64,000 nucleotides of DNA from Octopus vulgaris (Eukaryota): assembly GCA_951406725.2 (NCBI GenBank), contig OX597824.1, positions 22,010,001-22,074,000 on the forward strand, given 5' to 3'. The position numbers and the translations under genes were made by a program. The notes beneath the pieces are model-generated. The model ran no database searches, was not told where the DNA came from, and was given only the letters and a program-made list of their open reading frames with translations. Below, one piece after another: positions 26,132 through 37,878 of the stretch; positions within the stretch are counted from its first letter, which is position 1, and the number at the start of each line of letters is the position of its first letter.

Positions 26132-26300
26132 TATTAAGGCTACCATTGGTTTCATGTTAAGAAAAAATATCTTAATAATCCTAATAATTTTTTAAGCTGA
26201 TCACATGGAGGAGACAAACATTCCTCCATGTGATTGGCTTCAAAAGTTGTTAATATATTAAGATATTTTTCTTAACATCAGACCAATGATAACCTTAATA
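26132..26300. repeat. Imperfect fold-back (MITE-like) with ~80-bp arms
   Basis: TATTAAGGCTACCATTGGT...ATCACATGGAGGA pairs with TCCTCCATGTGAT...ACCAATGATAACCTTAATA. Confidence 0.75.
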
Positions 26301-26309
26301 CACAAAAGT

Positions 26310-26329
26310 ATCTCTCTCTCTCTCTCTCT

Positions 26330-26372
<43 letters not shown>

Positions 26373-26468
26373 TCATAATGAGATAAAAAACCAAGGCTGA
26401 GTAGATTTTAGAACATTTATGTACATATATATATATATATATATAAACATATATATATATACATATAA

Positions 26469-26510
<42 letters not shown>

Positions 26511-26780
26511 ACATATATATAAGTATATATATAAACATATATATATGTATATATATAAACACATATATATATAAGTATATATATATAAACACATATATAT
26601 AAGTATATATATATATAAAAACACATATATATATACACATATATATACATATATGTATACACATATATATATATATATACATACACACATATATATATAT
26701 ATATATACATACACACATATATATACACAGATATATATATACACACATGGACGCACATGCACATGCACATACACACACAC
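26310..26780. repeat. (TC)n/(TA)n compound microsatellite
   Basis: Direct reading of the sequence. Confidence 0.9.
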
Positions 26781-27811
26781 AAGGAAGCAAAGATGAATCA
26801 GTAGCAGAGAGTGGGGGGGTGGTGGTTGTATAAATCAGAGATTAGTTTTTTAGTGTTTGTTTCATCAGAATTCATATAATGTTGTTCCAGTAACATTAGA
26901 CAACTCCATATACCTCCTTTATATTTAACTAACACACATGTAACATATAACCAATTTTATTAGTTGCTTTTTTGCCGTTATTTTTGCTTTTTTTTTTTTT
27001 GTTGAAATTATTCTTAATGTTTTTTTGGTTTTTTTTGAAATTATTCTTAATGTTTTTTTGTTTTTTTTGCTTTTTTTTTTTTTTTACACAGATATTCTAC
27101 ATCTCTTTCATGGCGCCTGCTTAAAAAGAATTTGTTTCTTTCTGAATTAGTCATCCACCCACCACACTTTTTTTTTTCTCTTTTTACCGAATGCCCTTTG
27201 CTCTTTAATGGTTGCTTCAATCATCTTCATTGTTTGATTGCCTTTGTCATGTTCTTTCACACTACAGTTATATAGAACACATTCCATCTATTCTGATAAC
27301 TTTTCTAATTCTTGCATTCATTTATTTCGGCGGGGGGGGGGGGTATTTATTTACATATTTATTTATTTATTTCGAAATTTAAAGCAATGAATCTGCCAGA
27401 GGCATCTTGATTCAGGCTGACCTTTAAAAAGCTTACTTACAACTCTAAGCTTTTCCTTTCTCTAGTTAAAAAAAAAATATCTAAAAAAAATATCAAAAAA
27501 AAAAAAAAAAGAAAAGAAAAACAGAACCCATAGTACTGGCAAAATGAAGAAAAAGCTAGAAGTCTACCTTTACAGAAACAACATCAAAACACATTGCACC
27601 TAGTGGGTGTTTTGTTGGAACTATTCAGATGTTCCATTCATTCATTTAGTCAGTCAAAATGAGTTGTTGTCAATATATTTGGTAAACTCTAGCAGTGTCC
27701 TCATTCCTTGTAGACAGAAGAACCGTCCCAACTTGAACATTGAAAGACCGATCGATTGTTTTCCATGTAAGATATTGATTGATTCACATATTCTTATTCT
27801 AATCATAATCA

Positions 27812-28060
27812 TCATCATCATCATCGTTTAATGTCCGTTCTCCATGCTAGCATGGGTTGGACGGTTCGACCGGGGATCTGGGAAGCCAGAAGGCTGCACC
27901 AGGTTCCAGTCTTATCTGGCAATGTTTCTACAGCTGGATGCCCTTCCTAACGCCAACCACTCTGTGAGTATAGTGGGTGCTTTTTACGTGCCACCTGCAC
28001 AGGTGCCAGGCGAGGCTGGCAACGGCCACGGTCAGATTGGTGTATTTTATGTGCCACCGG
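27812..28060 (-). mobile_element. Family D retroposon
   Basis: Matches 48119-48510 and 23975-24292. Confidence 0.8.
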
Positions 28061-28077
28061 AATGATAATAATAATAA

Positions 28078-28675
28078 TGGTTTCTAATTTTGCCACAAGG
28101 GCCGCAATTTTGGTGGTGGGTGGCCGACGAGTCAATTACATCAACCCCAGTGTTCAGCTGGTACTTATTTTATTGACCCCCCCGAAAGGATGAAAGGTAA
28201 AGTTGACCTCGGCGGAATCTGAACTCAGAACGTAGGGACGGGTGAAATACCACTAAGCATTTAGTCCAGCATGCTAACGGTTCTACCTGCTTGCCACCTT
28301 AATAATAATAATAATATTATAATTTCTACTCTTGGCACAAGAACTTGAAAATTTTGGAGTGGAGGAAGAGGGCTAGTTGATTACATCGGCCTCAGTGTGT
28401 AACTGTTTTTACCTTCATCAATCCCAAAAGAATGAAAGGCAAAGTCGTCCTTAGCAGAATTTGAACACAGAATGTAGCAGTAGACGCAATACTGCTAAGC
28501 ATTTCACCTGGCATGCTAACGTTTCTGCCAGCTTGCCACCTTCAGTAATAATAAGAAAGGCAAAGTCGTCCTTAGCAGAATTTGAACACAGAATGTAGCA
28601 GTAGACGCAATACTGCTAAGCATTTCACCTGGCATGCTAACGTTTCTGCCAGCTTGCCACCTTCAGTAATAATAA
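28078..28675 (-). mobile_element. Tandem SINE family B copies
   Basis: Copies at 28078-28300 and 28322-28554, plus an exact 121-bp duplication at 28555-28675. Confidence 0.8.
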
Positions 28676-28684
28676 TAATAATAA

Positions 28685-29186
28685 CACTGGAAGCTATGCC
28701 AACACTATGGAATAACAACAGAAAAAAGATAGTATAGGCACATGCTAGAAAAGGTCACAGAAAATGAGAAAGCAACAATACTATGGGATATGCCAATTCT
28801 TACAGATAGAGAAATTAAGGCCAATAGGCCAGATATAGTTGTCAGAGATCATGAAGAAAAAATGCTTTCTAATTGATGTATCACTAACAACAGATAACAA
28901 TGTTTCTCTAAAAGAAATGGAGAAACTTTCAAAATACAAAGACCTGGAAATAGAGGTAAAAACAGAAACAATTCCGCTCATTAGGTATGATAAAAAAAGT
29001 ATTCAGACAAACACATAACAAAAACACCAGGACTAACATACAGAAAATAGCACTAATAGGCACTGCACACATCCTATGTAAAACACTTTCAATACAGTAA
29101 CTATAGGAGCATCACAACAAACTACAGCACATACCCAAAGCACTCAGAGCTGCACTCACTAGTGCAGTGAAAACATGAATTAAAAA
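28685..29186 (+). pseudogene. 3' end of an R4/Dong-clade non-LTR retrotransposon (restriction-like endonuclease domain), decayed
   Basis: My translation gives HWKLCQHYG...ENEKATILWDMPILTDREIKANRPDIVVRD /frameshift/ CFLIDVS...KEMEKLSKYKDLEIEV...IQKIALIGTAHIL*, with an internal stop and frameshifts. (TAA)n on both sides. Confidence 0.85.
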
Positions 29187-29202
29187 TAATAATAATAATA
29201 AC

Positions 29203-29235
<33 letters not shown>

Positions 29236-29448
29236 TTCTTTTATTTGCCACCGGGGCGAAGGATGAGGGGGGGACAATACCAAGTTATAATAATGACAAA
29301 ATAGTAATTATAAAATAATAGAGACAACATAATGATGACGATAATAATAATAAAATAATAATAATAATAATACTCTCTACTTGAGGCTTGAAATTTTGGG
29401 AGAGGGGACTAGTTGATTACATTGTCTCCAGAGCTCAACTAGTAATTA

Positions 29449-29768
29449 TTGGGTTGTCCAGAAAGTTCATGCCGATTTATCGTAGCTTACTTTTCGACTT
29501 ATTTTAGAACATGGTTGAGTCCATAAAATAGGATTTGACAACACTTCCATTTAAAGCACAGTTTAAGCTATCTTTGCATGAAAGAAGGTTTATGTTCCTA
29601 TAGCCTGTGTTAATTCTGTAACCCTTTAAAATGGAAGATAAGAAAGTTCATTTTCGGCACTTGATGCTTTTCTTTTTCCGTAAAGGGAAAAATGCCTCAC
29701 AAGCAACCAAAGAAATATGCACAGTTTATGGTGATGTTTCTTTATCTGAAAGAACTGTACGGAAGTGG
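29449..29768 (+). mobile_element. Mariner transposon 5' fragment (TIR plus transposase N-terminal HTH), mellifera-subfamily-like
   Basis: TA followed by the TIR-like TTGGGTTGTCCAGAAAGTTCATGCCGATTT. ORF from 29631 reads MEDKKVHFRHLMLFFFRKGKNASQATKEICTVYGDVSLSERTVRKW, then truncated. Confidence 0.9.
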
Positions 29769-30817
29769 CATTGCAAAGCAAGCTTCTTAACCACCCAGCC
29801 TATATATGTAACATACACGCATCCTGTTATTCACTCACTCATTCACACACACACACACACACTCTCTCTCTCTTTCTATCTATCTTTCTCTTTAAAAGGG
29901 AGGCCTCTTTTAAAAGGAAAGAATATGAAAGTAAAAGAAATACTGATGGAAGACAGATGAAAGAATGGGAAAATGATCTGTATTTCGAATGTTAATATGA
30001 AAAGTTGGGTAATCCAGGAATATTGGGTATGGAGAAGCGGGGATCGTTCAATGGATTAATTCTGGTTTTCATTAGAACTTCCCATAGTTTTGAAGGGAAT
30101 GCTTTGAGTGGAGGCAAAGGTAGACGAAACCATGGCGCGGCTCTTCAATAGTTGCTAACCAGGGTTGAGTCATGCATGCATTCATATGAGTAGCTTCATA
30201 AGAAGTTAATACAAAGGAGACTAGTTACAAATGGGGTGGGAAAGGAGCAGATACAAGATTATGCATCAGATGACAGGGTAACCTTTCATGGTATGACTCG
30301 TGAATTTAGGTCCCTTGTACTACTCGACAATGATCTTTGCTGGGAAACCTTTTTTCTTGTACTATGCAAGGAAAGGCATAGGCAGAAGCAGCACATCAAA
30401 AGACTGCGTTATCTGTAACAGAGGCAATGCTAATGCTAAACACTTTGAAAAGACGGCATATAGGAAAGTGTGATGTTTACCGTTTTTTACTGAGGATGCT
30501 AGTGATATAAGTGAAATGAGCTGAACTAAAATGAGAGTCACAACCCAAAGTTGAAGAATCAGCTGAGAAATTATCACTGTTTTACTAAGAAGTTTTTTTT
30601 TGTTTTTTTTCCAATTTTTAAAACTAAGCAGATGAGATGAGGAAAAGCAACTGTATAACAAGCTGAACAAACAGTGTTGGGTCAGGGGTTATCAGGCTTG
30701 ATTGCATGCAGGCAAAGAAGAAGAAATAAAAGAACAAAAAATAAAACATAAAAACGACAAAAAAGTGATGTTATATCTGGAGAAATTTCCTCTTTGCGAG
30801 AGGGACAGGCAGAAATA

Positions 30818-31088
<271 letters not shown>

Positions 31089-31379
31089 TACTGTTAATCT
31101 TGGTTTTAACCAATTGAGAAGGATATCATTAAAGAGTGCAGTAGAAAATAGTTGAAAAGAAATTAAATAAATAAAAAAAAAAAAAAATGCTTATTAGACA
31201 ACCTCAGTTTGACCTTTCAGCATTAAGGCAAGGGAAAAATGCATTTAGAGAAGATTATTGTCAATAAGATTAGCTTGATCATAGCCGATTACTCTGCTTT
31301 AGATGCTCGCTATACAGGATCTTTCATTCTTGTAAATTAGATTCAGTAATGCATGGAAATAATAATAACAATAATAATG

Positions 31380-31411
<32 letters not shown>

Positions 31412-31974
31412 AAAATTATGAGGATAACAGTGAATATGATGATAGCAATGACAATGATAATAACAATAAGGATGAAAGCCTTCTCAACGATTTCTCATTT
31501 CTTGGATCATATTTCTCTGGGAAATTTTGTCAGTTGAAAGAACTGACGCCGACATGAAAAATGATGTGAGATGAAAGAATATTGAATGTTGTTGTTACAG
31601 CTATTACAGTAATATGCCATTCAACCGTGGAACATTGAATGCCGTTATGCTAATGTGTCGTCAAGCCACAGAAAAAGCAGAATATTAAATTATGTTTTTT
31701 TTTTTTTTATATATATATAAAAGAAAAAAAAAACAAAAAAAAAACACACACCAAGTAATGACACCTCAGTTTCAAAGAAGGAAGAAATGGGAGGTTGAGA
31801 TATTAGTATTTTGGGGATGGGGGGTGGATATCAGTGATGTAAGTGAGGTGGGCCCTAAAAGGTTACTGAGAATCAAATCACGTCAGGTACTTGTTTCACC
31901 GAAATGTCATTGACCACTTAACGCCGTTGAAATAATGGCAATGATGCCTAACATTGTCGTGTGGTTTTGAATTT

Positions 31975-32363
31975 GGTGAAGGATTTAGATGATTAAAAGT
32001 AAAATGAAAAGCAAAGCCAACCCCAGAAGGATTTTAATTCAGAATCTAACTAAATTCTTTATAGAGAAGGATTTGGTAAATTAAACGAAAAACTAAGGGC
32101 AAAGTCAAGCCAAGCAGGATTTTAAGCCCGAATGTCACTTGGTACCTCATAAAGAAGGAACTGATTGATTAAAAGAAAAATGAGAGAAAAGTCTATCCAA
32201 GAAGGATTTTAAGTCAGAATGTCACTAAATACTACATGGAGAAGGAATTGGTTATTTTAAAGGAAAATGAGCAAAGTCAACCCCAGCAGAATTTTAAGTA
32301 GTGTCACTAAATACAACATGGAATAGGAATTGGTTAAGAGACAAATACAAAGCAGGATTTTAA
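31975..32363. repeat. ~87-bp degenerate tandem repeat, about 4.5 units
   Basis: The anchor GRATTTTAA occurs at 32029, 32117, 32204, 32289 and 32355. Confidence 0.8.
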
Positions 32364-32587
32364 CCCTTTTGATACCAACATGCCTGGTATCAAAATACCT
32401 CTGGTTCTATGATACAAACTTCCTGTTTTAAGGTGACCCTAAATTAAAGCTTTCCACCAAAATTTCCTGCTTATTTCTATTCCAAACATCAGCTTAATAA
32501 GGACAAAGTTATTTTACTAAATTATTATTTTCAACATTTATTGAAACAAAACTAGTGTATTCTAAGAGAAACATGGCAACAAAAGGG
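32364..32587. mobile_element. piggyBac-type MITE
   Basis: TTAA-CCCTTTTG...CAAAAGGG-TCAA. The interior is related to 37430-37878. Confidence 0.75.
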
Positions 32588-32703
32588 TCAAATCAGAATT
32601 TGATCCCAGCAGTACCATTTTTGTGATCCATTATCTTCTTTGACAGTAAAAATACTTTAAGAACTGTGATAATTTCAAAAGAAAATAAAACGCATTTCTT
32701 CTT

Positions 32704-33080
32704 AGGCAGAGATGTGGCTGTGTGGTTAAGAAGTTCGCTTTGCAACCCTATGGCTTTGGGTTCAGTCCCAACTGCATGGCATCTTATGTAGTAGTCTTCA
32801 ACTATATCTTCAAGTTGACCACTGTCTTGTGAGTAAATTTGGTAGATTGGAAACTGTGTGGAAGCCTCTCTGTGTGTGTGTGTGTGTGTGTGCATATCCC
32901 ACTCCCACTGCTTAAAAACTAAGGCTGTGTTGTTTACGTCCCCGTAACTTAGTGGTTTTGGTAAAAGAAACTGACAGAATAAGTACTGGGGTCAATTTGA
33001 TCATTTAAACCCTTTAAGGTGGTGCCCAGCATGGCCACAGTCCAATCACAGAAACAATTAAAAGATGAAAGATAAAAGAT
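32704..33080 (+). mobile_element. SINE family A (older copy)
   Basis: Collinear with 60029-60428. Confidence 0.8.
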
Positions 33081-33661
33081 TAACTTTGCACAATTTTGGT
33101 GGAGAAACTATTGAATATTTATTACTAGAATGATTGGATTCTGGATAGTTTTGTCTTTTTTTTTTTATATTTATCAATTTCCAGGAAGATTTTTCAGAAA
33201 ACAAAGTCATCAAAAGTATTTAAAAGCCCCCAGTGCAGTACAAAAGCTGGTTGTGCAATCCTGTTATCTATTTAAGTCACCAAACTGTAATAACAAACCA
33301 TTAACACAGTTTTGGTTAAGGAGGGAAGAAAAATATTGGCATATCTCGCAAAGTAAGATTTCACTCTCTCCAGGATAGTGGAAACAGAACAATATCTGGC
33401 AGCCTTTCCAGATTTTGGCAGAAAGCTTAATAAAATTTCAAACTGTATTGCATATCCATAAAGATCAACATTATGTTATTAATGGATGTAGTTATTTATG
33501 GATATGGAGGTCAATCAAAAGAAAGACCAAAAACTGTTATGAAAGATAGAATTTAAAGAAGGAATAGACTTATAGTCACAGCTTCTGCTGCCATTGTATT
33601 GATGATAGTGAACGACTGAGAATACAATTACAGTTACATCCCCAAACCATCTTCTCATTTA

Positions 33662-34070
33662 TACTCTTTTACTTGTTTCAGTCATTTGACTGTGGCCATG
33701 CTGGAGCAACGTCTTTAGTCGAGTAAATCGATCCCAAGACTTATTCTTTGTAAGCCTAGTACTTATTCTATCGGTCTCTTTTACTGAACCGCTAAGTTAC
33801 AGGGATGTAAACACACCAGCATCAGTTGTCAAACGATGTTGGGGGGGGGGGGACAAATGCAGACACACAAACATATACACACACATACATATATATATAC
33901 ATATATACGACGGGCTTCTTTCAGTTTTCGTCTACCGAATCCACTCACAAGGCTTTGGCTGGCCCGAGGCTATAGCAGAAAACACTTGCCCAAGGTGCCA
34001 CAAAGTGGGACTAAACCTGGAAACATGTGGTTGGTAAGCAAGCTACTTACCACACAGCCACTTCTATGCC
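33662..34070 (-). mobile_element. SINE family A, full length
   Basis: Reverse complement of 60029-60428. Confidence 0.9.
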
Positions 34071-34832
34071 TATGGAAAAATATTTAAGTAAGATTTTCTG
34101 ATGGTGTTTATTCCATCTTTCAAAGCATCAAAGAAAACAATGTAGCAGATAAAAGAATGTTATGACAAAGGATTTTGACTAAAGCTGAATGCAACACGGA
34201 ACAGCTTCATAATGTGGAATGAGACCCAAAACATTCATCAAATATTTTTTTTTTAACAAAAATAAAGAGAAATAATATAGTATTAAAAAAATATAAGGCA
34301 TAGAAACTGTGCCACTATTTTATCTCTTCTGTCATATCTGTTTATTATAAATACAGTGTCTGTTTATTGTATATAATACAAGAGGCAAGTTGGTAGGGAA
34401 AGTATGAGAAAATTGGACAGATATTTTCAGCTGGTTAAGTTTGGTTTTCTAAAATAGATATCAATGATAAACTAAAAGCTGTAGTTTCTTAGGGAAGAGT
34501 GTCTCTCATCACCAACATGTTGCACTCAAACACTTTGTCCAAATATTTATCACTAAGACTGCAACCATATCAAACTTTAACGTTTTCTTTTTTTGTTCTT
34601 TTTTTTTTTGTTGTTATGGTTGAGACTTCTTAGCTTGCAGAAATTCCAAATAGTTTCAACCACCTCAACTTCTGCGTTGTAAGAAACAGAATTTGAACTG
34701 ACTCTAGATGTTCTTCCTCCACTAAATGAAAATATGCAATTGAAAGTATGCTTAGCATCTACTTTTTGAATCTATAAATTACTCAAGCTTTACAGTAGAT
34801 TGACAATTTCCACAGTGTATAATATATGCACA

Positions 34833-35444
34833 GTGGAGGCACAATGGCCCAGTGGTTAGGGCAGCGGACTCACGGTTGTAGGATCGCAGTTTCGATTCCC
34901 AGACCGGGCGTTGTATGTGTTTATTGAGTGAAAACACCTAAAAGCTCCATGAGGCTCCAGCAGGGGGTAGTGGCAACCCCTGTTGTACTCTTTTGCCCCA
35001 ACTTTCTCTCACTCTTTCTTCCTGTTTCTTGAGTAATGCTGTGATGGACTGGCATTACATAATGTGGAGGTGCAATGGCCCAGTGGTTAGGGCTACGGAC
35101 TTGCGGTCGTAGGATCATGGTTTCGATTCCCAGACCGGGCGTTGTGAGTGTTTATTGAGCAAAAACACTTAAAGTTCCACAAGGCTCTGACAGGGGATGG
35201 TGGTGAACCCTGCTGTACTCTTTCACCACAACTTTTTCTCAATCCTTCTTCCTGTTTCTGTTGTATCTGTATTTCAATGGGCCAGCCTTGTCTCACTCTG
35301 TGTCACGCTGAATCACCCCTAGAACTACATTAAGGGTACAGGTGTCTGTGGAGTGCTCAGCCACTTGTACGTTAATTTCATGAGCAGGCTGTTCTGTTGA
35401 TTAGATCAACTGGAATCCTCGTCGTCGCAACCGACGGAGTGCCA
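34833..35444 (+). mobile_element. Two tandem SINE family C copies
   Basis: Heads GTGGAGGYRCAATGGCCCAGTGGTTAGGGC...GTTTCGATTCCC (A and B boxes) at 34833 and 35064. Confidence 0.85.
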
Positions 35445-36198
35445 TGACATAACATTTACATAATGTATGCCTTCAAGAAAGGCATGAATATCACAACTTT
35501 TATTCTCCTCAACCTGAAGTACATAGAGCTTTCTCCTTTGAAATACATTTTTAACCAGAAAAAGTCAAACAATGACAGTTTTCCAAACATGTATGAAATA
35601 AATAGAACATTTTGTTTTTTATATTTCTGAAATCTTCTAACAAAAAAAAAAAAAAGCGTTCAAAATATTGCTTTATTCAAAAAACAAAAATGGAACCTAT
35701 CATTCATTATAAACCATTCTCTTCTCTTTGTCTGCTACATCTTATTGTATTCAAATATTCACAAACAATACTGGATCTCTGCTCTGTACTTTCAATACCA
35801 TATTCCACCCACCAGAAATCTCTCAGTCAACCAAAATTTCTTCATCATTTCCATTACCGTTGCCATTGACAGCGTTATCATCAGCATTGTCATCATCTCC
35901 ATCATCATCATTTAATGAGAATATACGAAATATATGAATAATACACGAACGTGTTAGATAGACTAGTGAGTAATTTATAAAGAGGCAAGAAAATATAAGT
36001 TGGAGTCATTCGGATGACATTAATGAAAATTATACATTGATTATCATTAGGTAAAAATACAAAATGATAACTATTTGGCAAACGAAAGATTAATAATAAT
36101 AATAATTGTAATGATAAAATTATGAGGTTAACACTGAATGTGATAATAATGAAAATGGTAATAACAGTGCTGAAACACTTCTCAAAGATTTCCCAATC

Positions 36199-36245
<47 letters not shown>

Positions 36246-36911
36246 TAAGAAGAAGAAGAAGAACAAGAAGAACAAGAACAAGAAGAAGAACAACAACAAC
36301 ATTAATAATATATATATAATAAAAGAAAGAAAGAAATGTATTTTAAAATCCTATAAGATCCAGTTATCCAGAAGAAATCACTTCTAACTTCGTTTGCAAA
36401 GTAAAAAAAAACTAATTCTAATTTTGTGCTAACAAAACTTTCTAATTAAGTCTGTAAAAATGCTAATTCAGCAAAGAATTTCTTCCCCCCTCAAAATTAA
36501 CCTCTTCTGTCTTGAAGCCATCATTAACACTGATTCAACAACCATTTTCCTCTATATTGGTATGGAGTGGGTTGGATAGAAGCTAGCTACACTTCAGTAA
36601 ATCACAAGTCATTCTGATTCCATGCCATCTCATCTGCGAAGTCCAACATTTTGAGGCCAAACTACACCACTTCCAATGATGCTGTTTGCTGACAACACAC
36701 AACACTTTTCACCCCATCGAGTATTCATTGATTGTTAAGTGGTGTTAAGAATTCTGTCTCCTTAAATGAGCAAGACATAGCCAGGCAACTGACCAAATAA
36801 TCACTTCAAACGAGATCCTGTGTCAGATTAATGACTTAGTAACTGATTACTATAATTTATGTATTCAATTTCAAACCTTTCAGTTACGAGATCAGATTTG
36901 TATCGTAGTCA

Positions 36912-37075
36912 TGCAGATATGGGTGTGTGGTTAAAATGCTTGCTTTGCAACTAAGTGGTTTCAGGTTCAATCCCACTACATGGTACCTTGGGCAAGTGTC
37001 TACTACTATAGCCTCGGGCCAACCAAAGCCTTGTGAGTGGATTTGGTAGACAGAAACTGGAAGAAGCCTATCATA
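36912..37075 (+). mobile_element. SINE family A, 5' half
   Basis: Head plus CORE-like domain. Confidence 0.75.
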
Positions 37076-37429
37076 TATATAAGACCCTGGGTTGAATCCC
37101 AAGTTGGTTAAGTGCCTTTTACCGTAGTGACAGATTTGAGTATTCTAGGTACACTCAGCCATTTTTATGTTAATTTACTGATTAGGTAACCCAGATGATC
37201 AAAGAACTGAACACCTATTGTTGGAATTGATGAAGATCCATTTCCTTCTATACTATGTTTCTTCTTCGGTATGACACAGCCCTTGTTAACAGAGGGACAC
37301 GGATGTTAAATAAGATGATGATGATGATTATGTCACAGCCCTGTGTCTCAGTAAATGAAACTTCAAAACATGTACTTAGCTTCTTCAAGTTGGTGTTTTA
37401 AACAGAAAAAAGATTTCAGCAATTGACGC

Positions 37430-37878
37430 CAACCTGGCTGAAACTGCCTCTGGCTCTGTAGTACAAATGTCTTGTTTTCAAAGGTTTTGATTTAAAATCT
37501 TCCACCAAACCTTAGTCACAGTTTATGTTCCTAACACTAGCTGAATGATAACTAAGTTATTTTACTAAATTCTTTGTTATATTTAAAATTAATTGAAAGA
37601 AACACAGAGCATCTCAACAGAAATATGGTAACTAAAAGGTTAAAGTCACCATGATATTTTAAACCAACCCAACTTAAACCGCCTCTGGCTCTGTAGTACA
37701 AATGTCTTACTTTCATAAGTATTGAATTAAAATCTTCCACCAAACCTTAGTCACAGTTTACGTTCTTAACACTAGCTGAATGACAACTAAGTTATTTTAC
37801 TAAATTCTTTGTTATATTTAAAATTAATTGAAAGAAACACAGAGCATCACAAAATAAATATGGCAATGAAAGGGTTAA
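37430..37878. mobile_element. Two tandem piggyBac-type MITE copies
   Basis: A ~200-bp direct repeat whose units end in AAAAGGTTAA and AAAGGGTTAA. Partial copy at about 21920-22030. Confidence 0.7.

Noticed and set aside
30236-30418. Possible CR1/L2 reverse transcriptase remnant (YASDD, DLCW)
   Set aside because: Motif spacing is wrong and the similarity is too weak to support without a profile search.
34833-34910. tRNA-like sequences with A and B boxes
   Set aside because: SINE heads continuous with repeat bodies; no intact cloverleaf.
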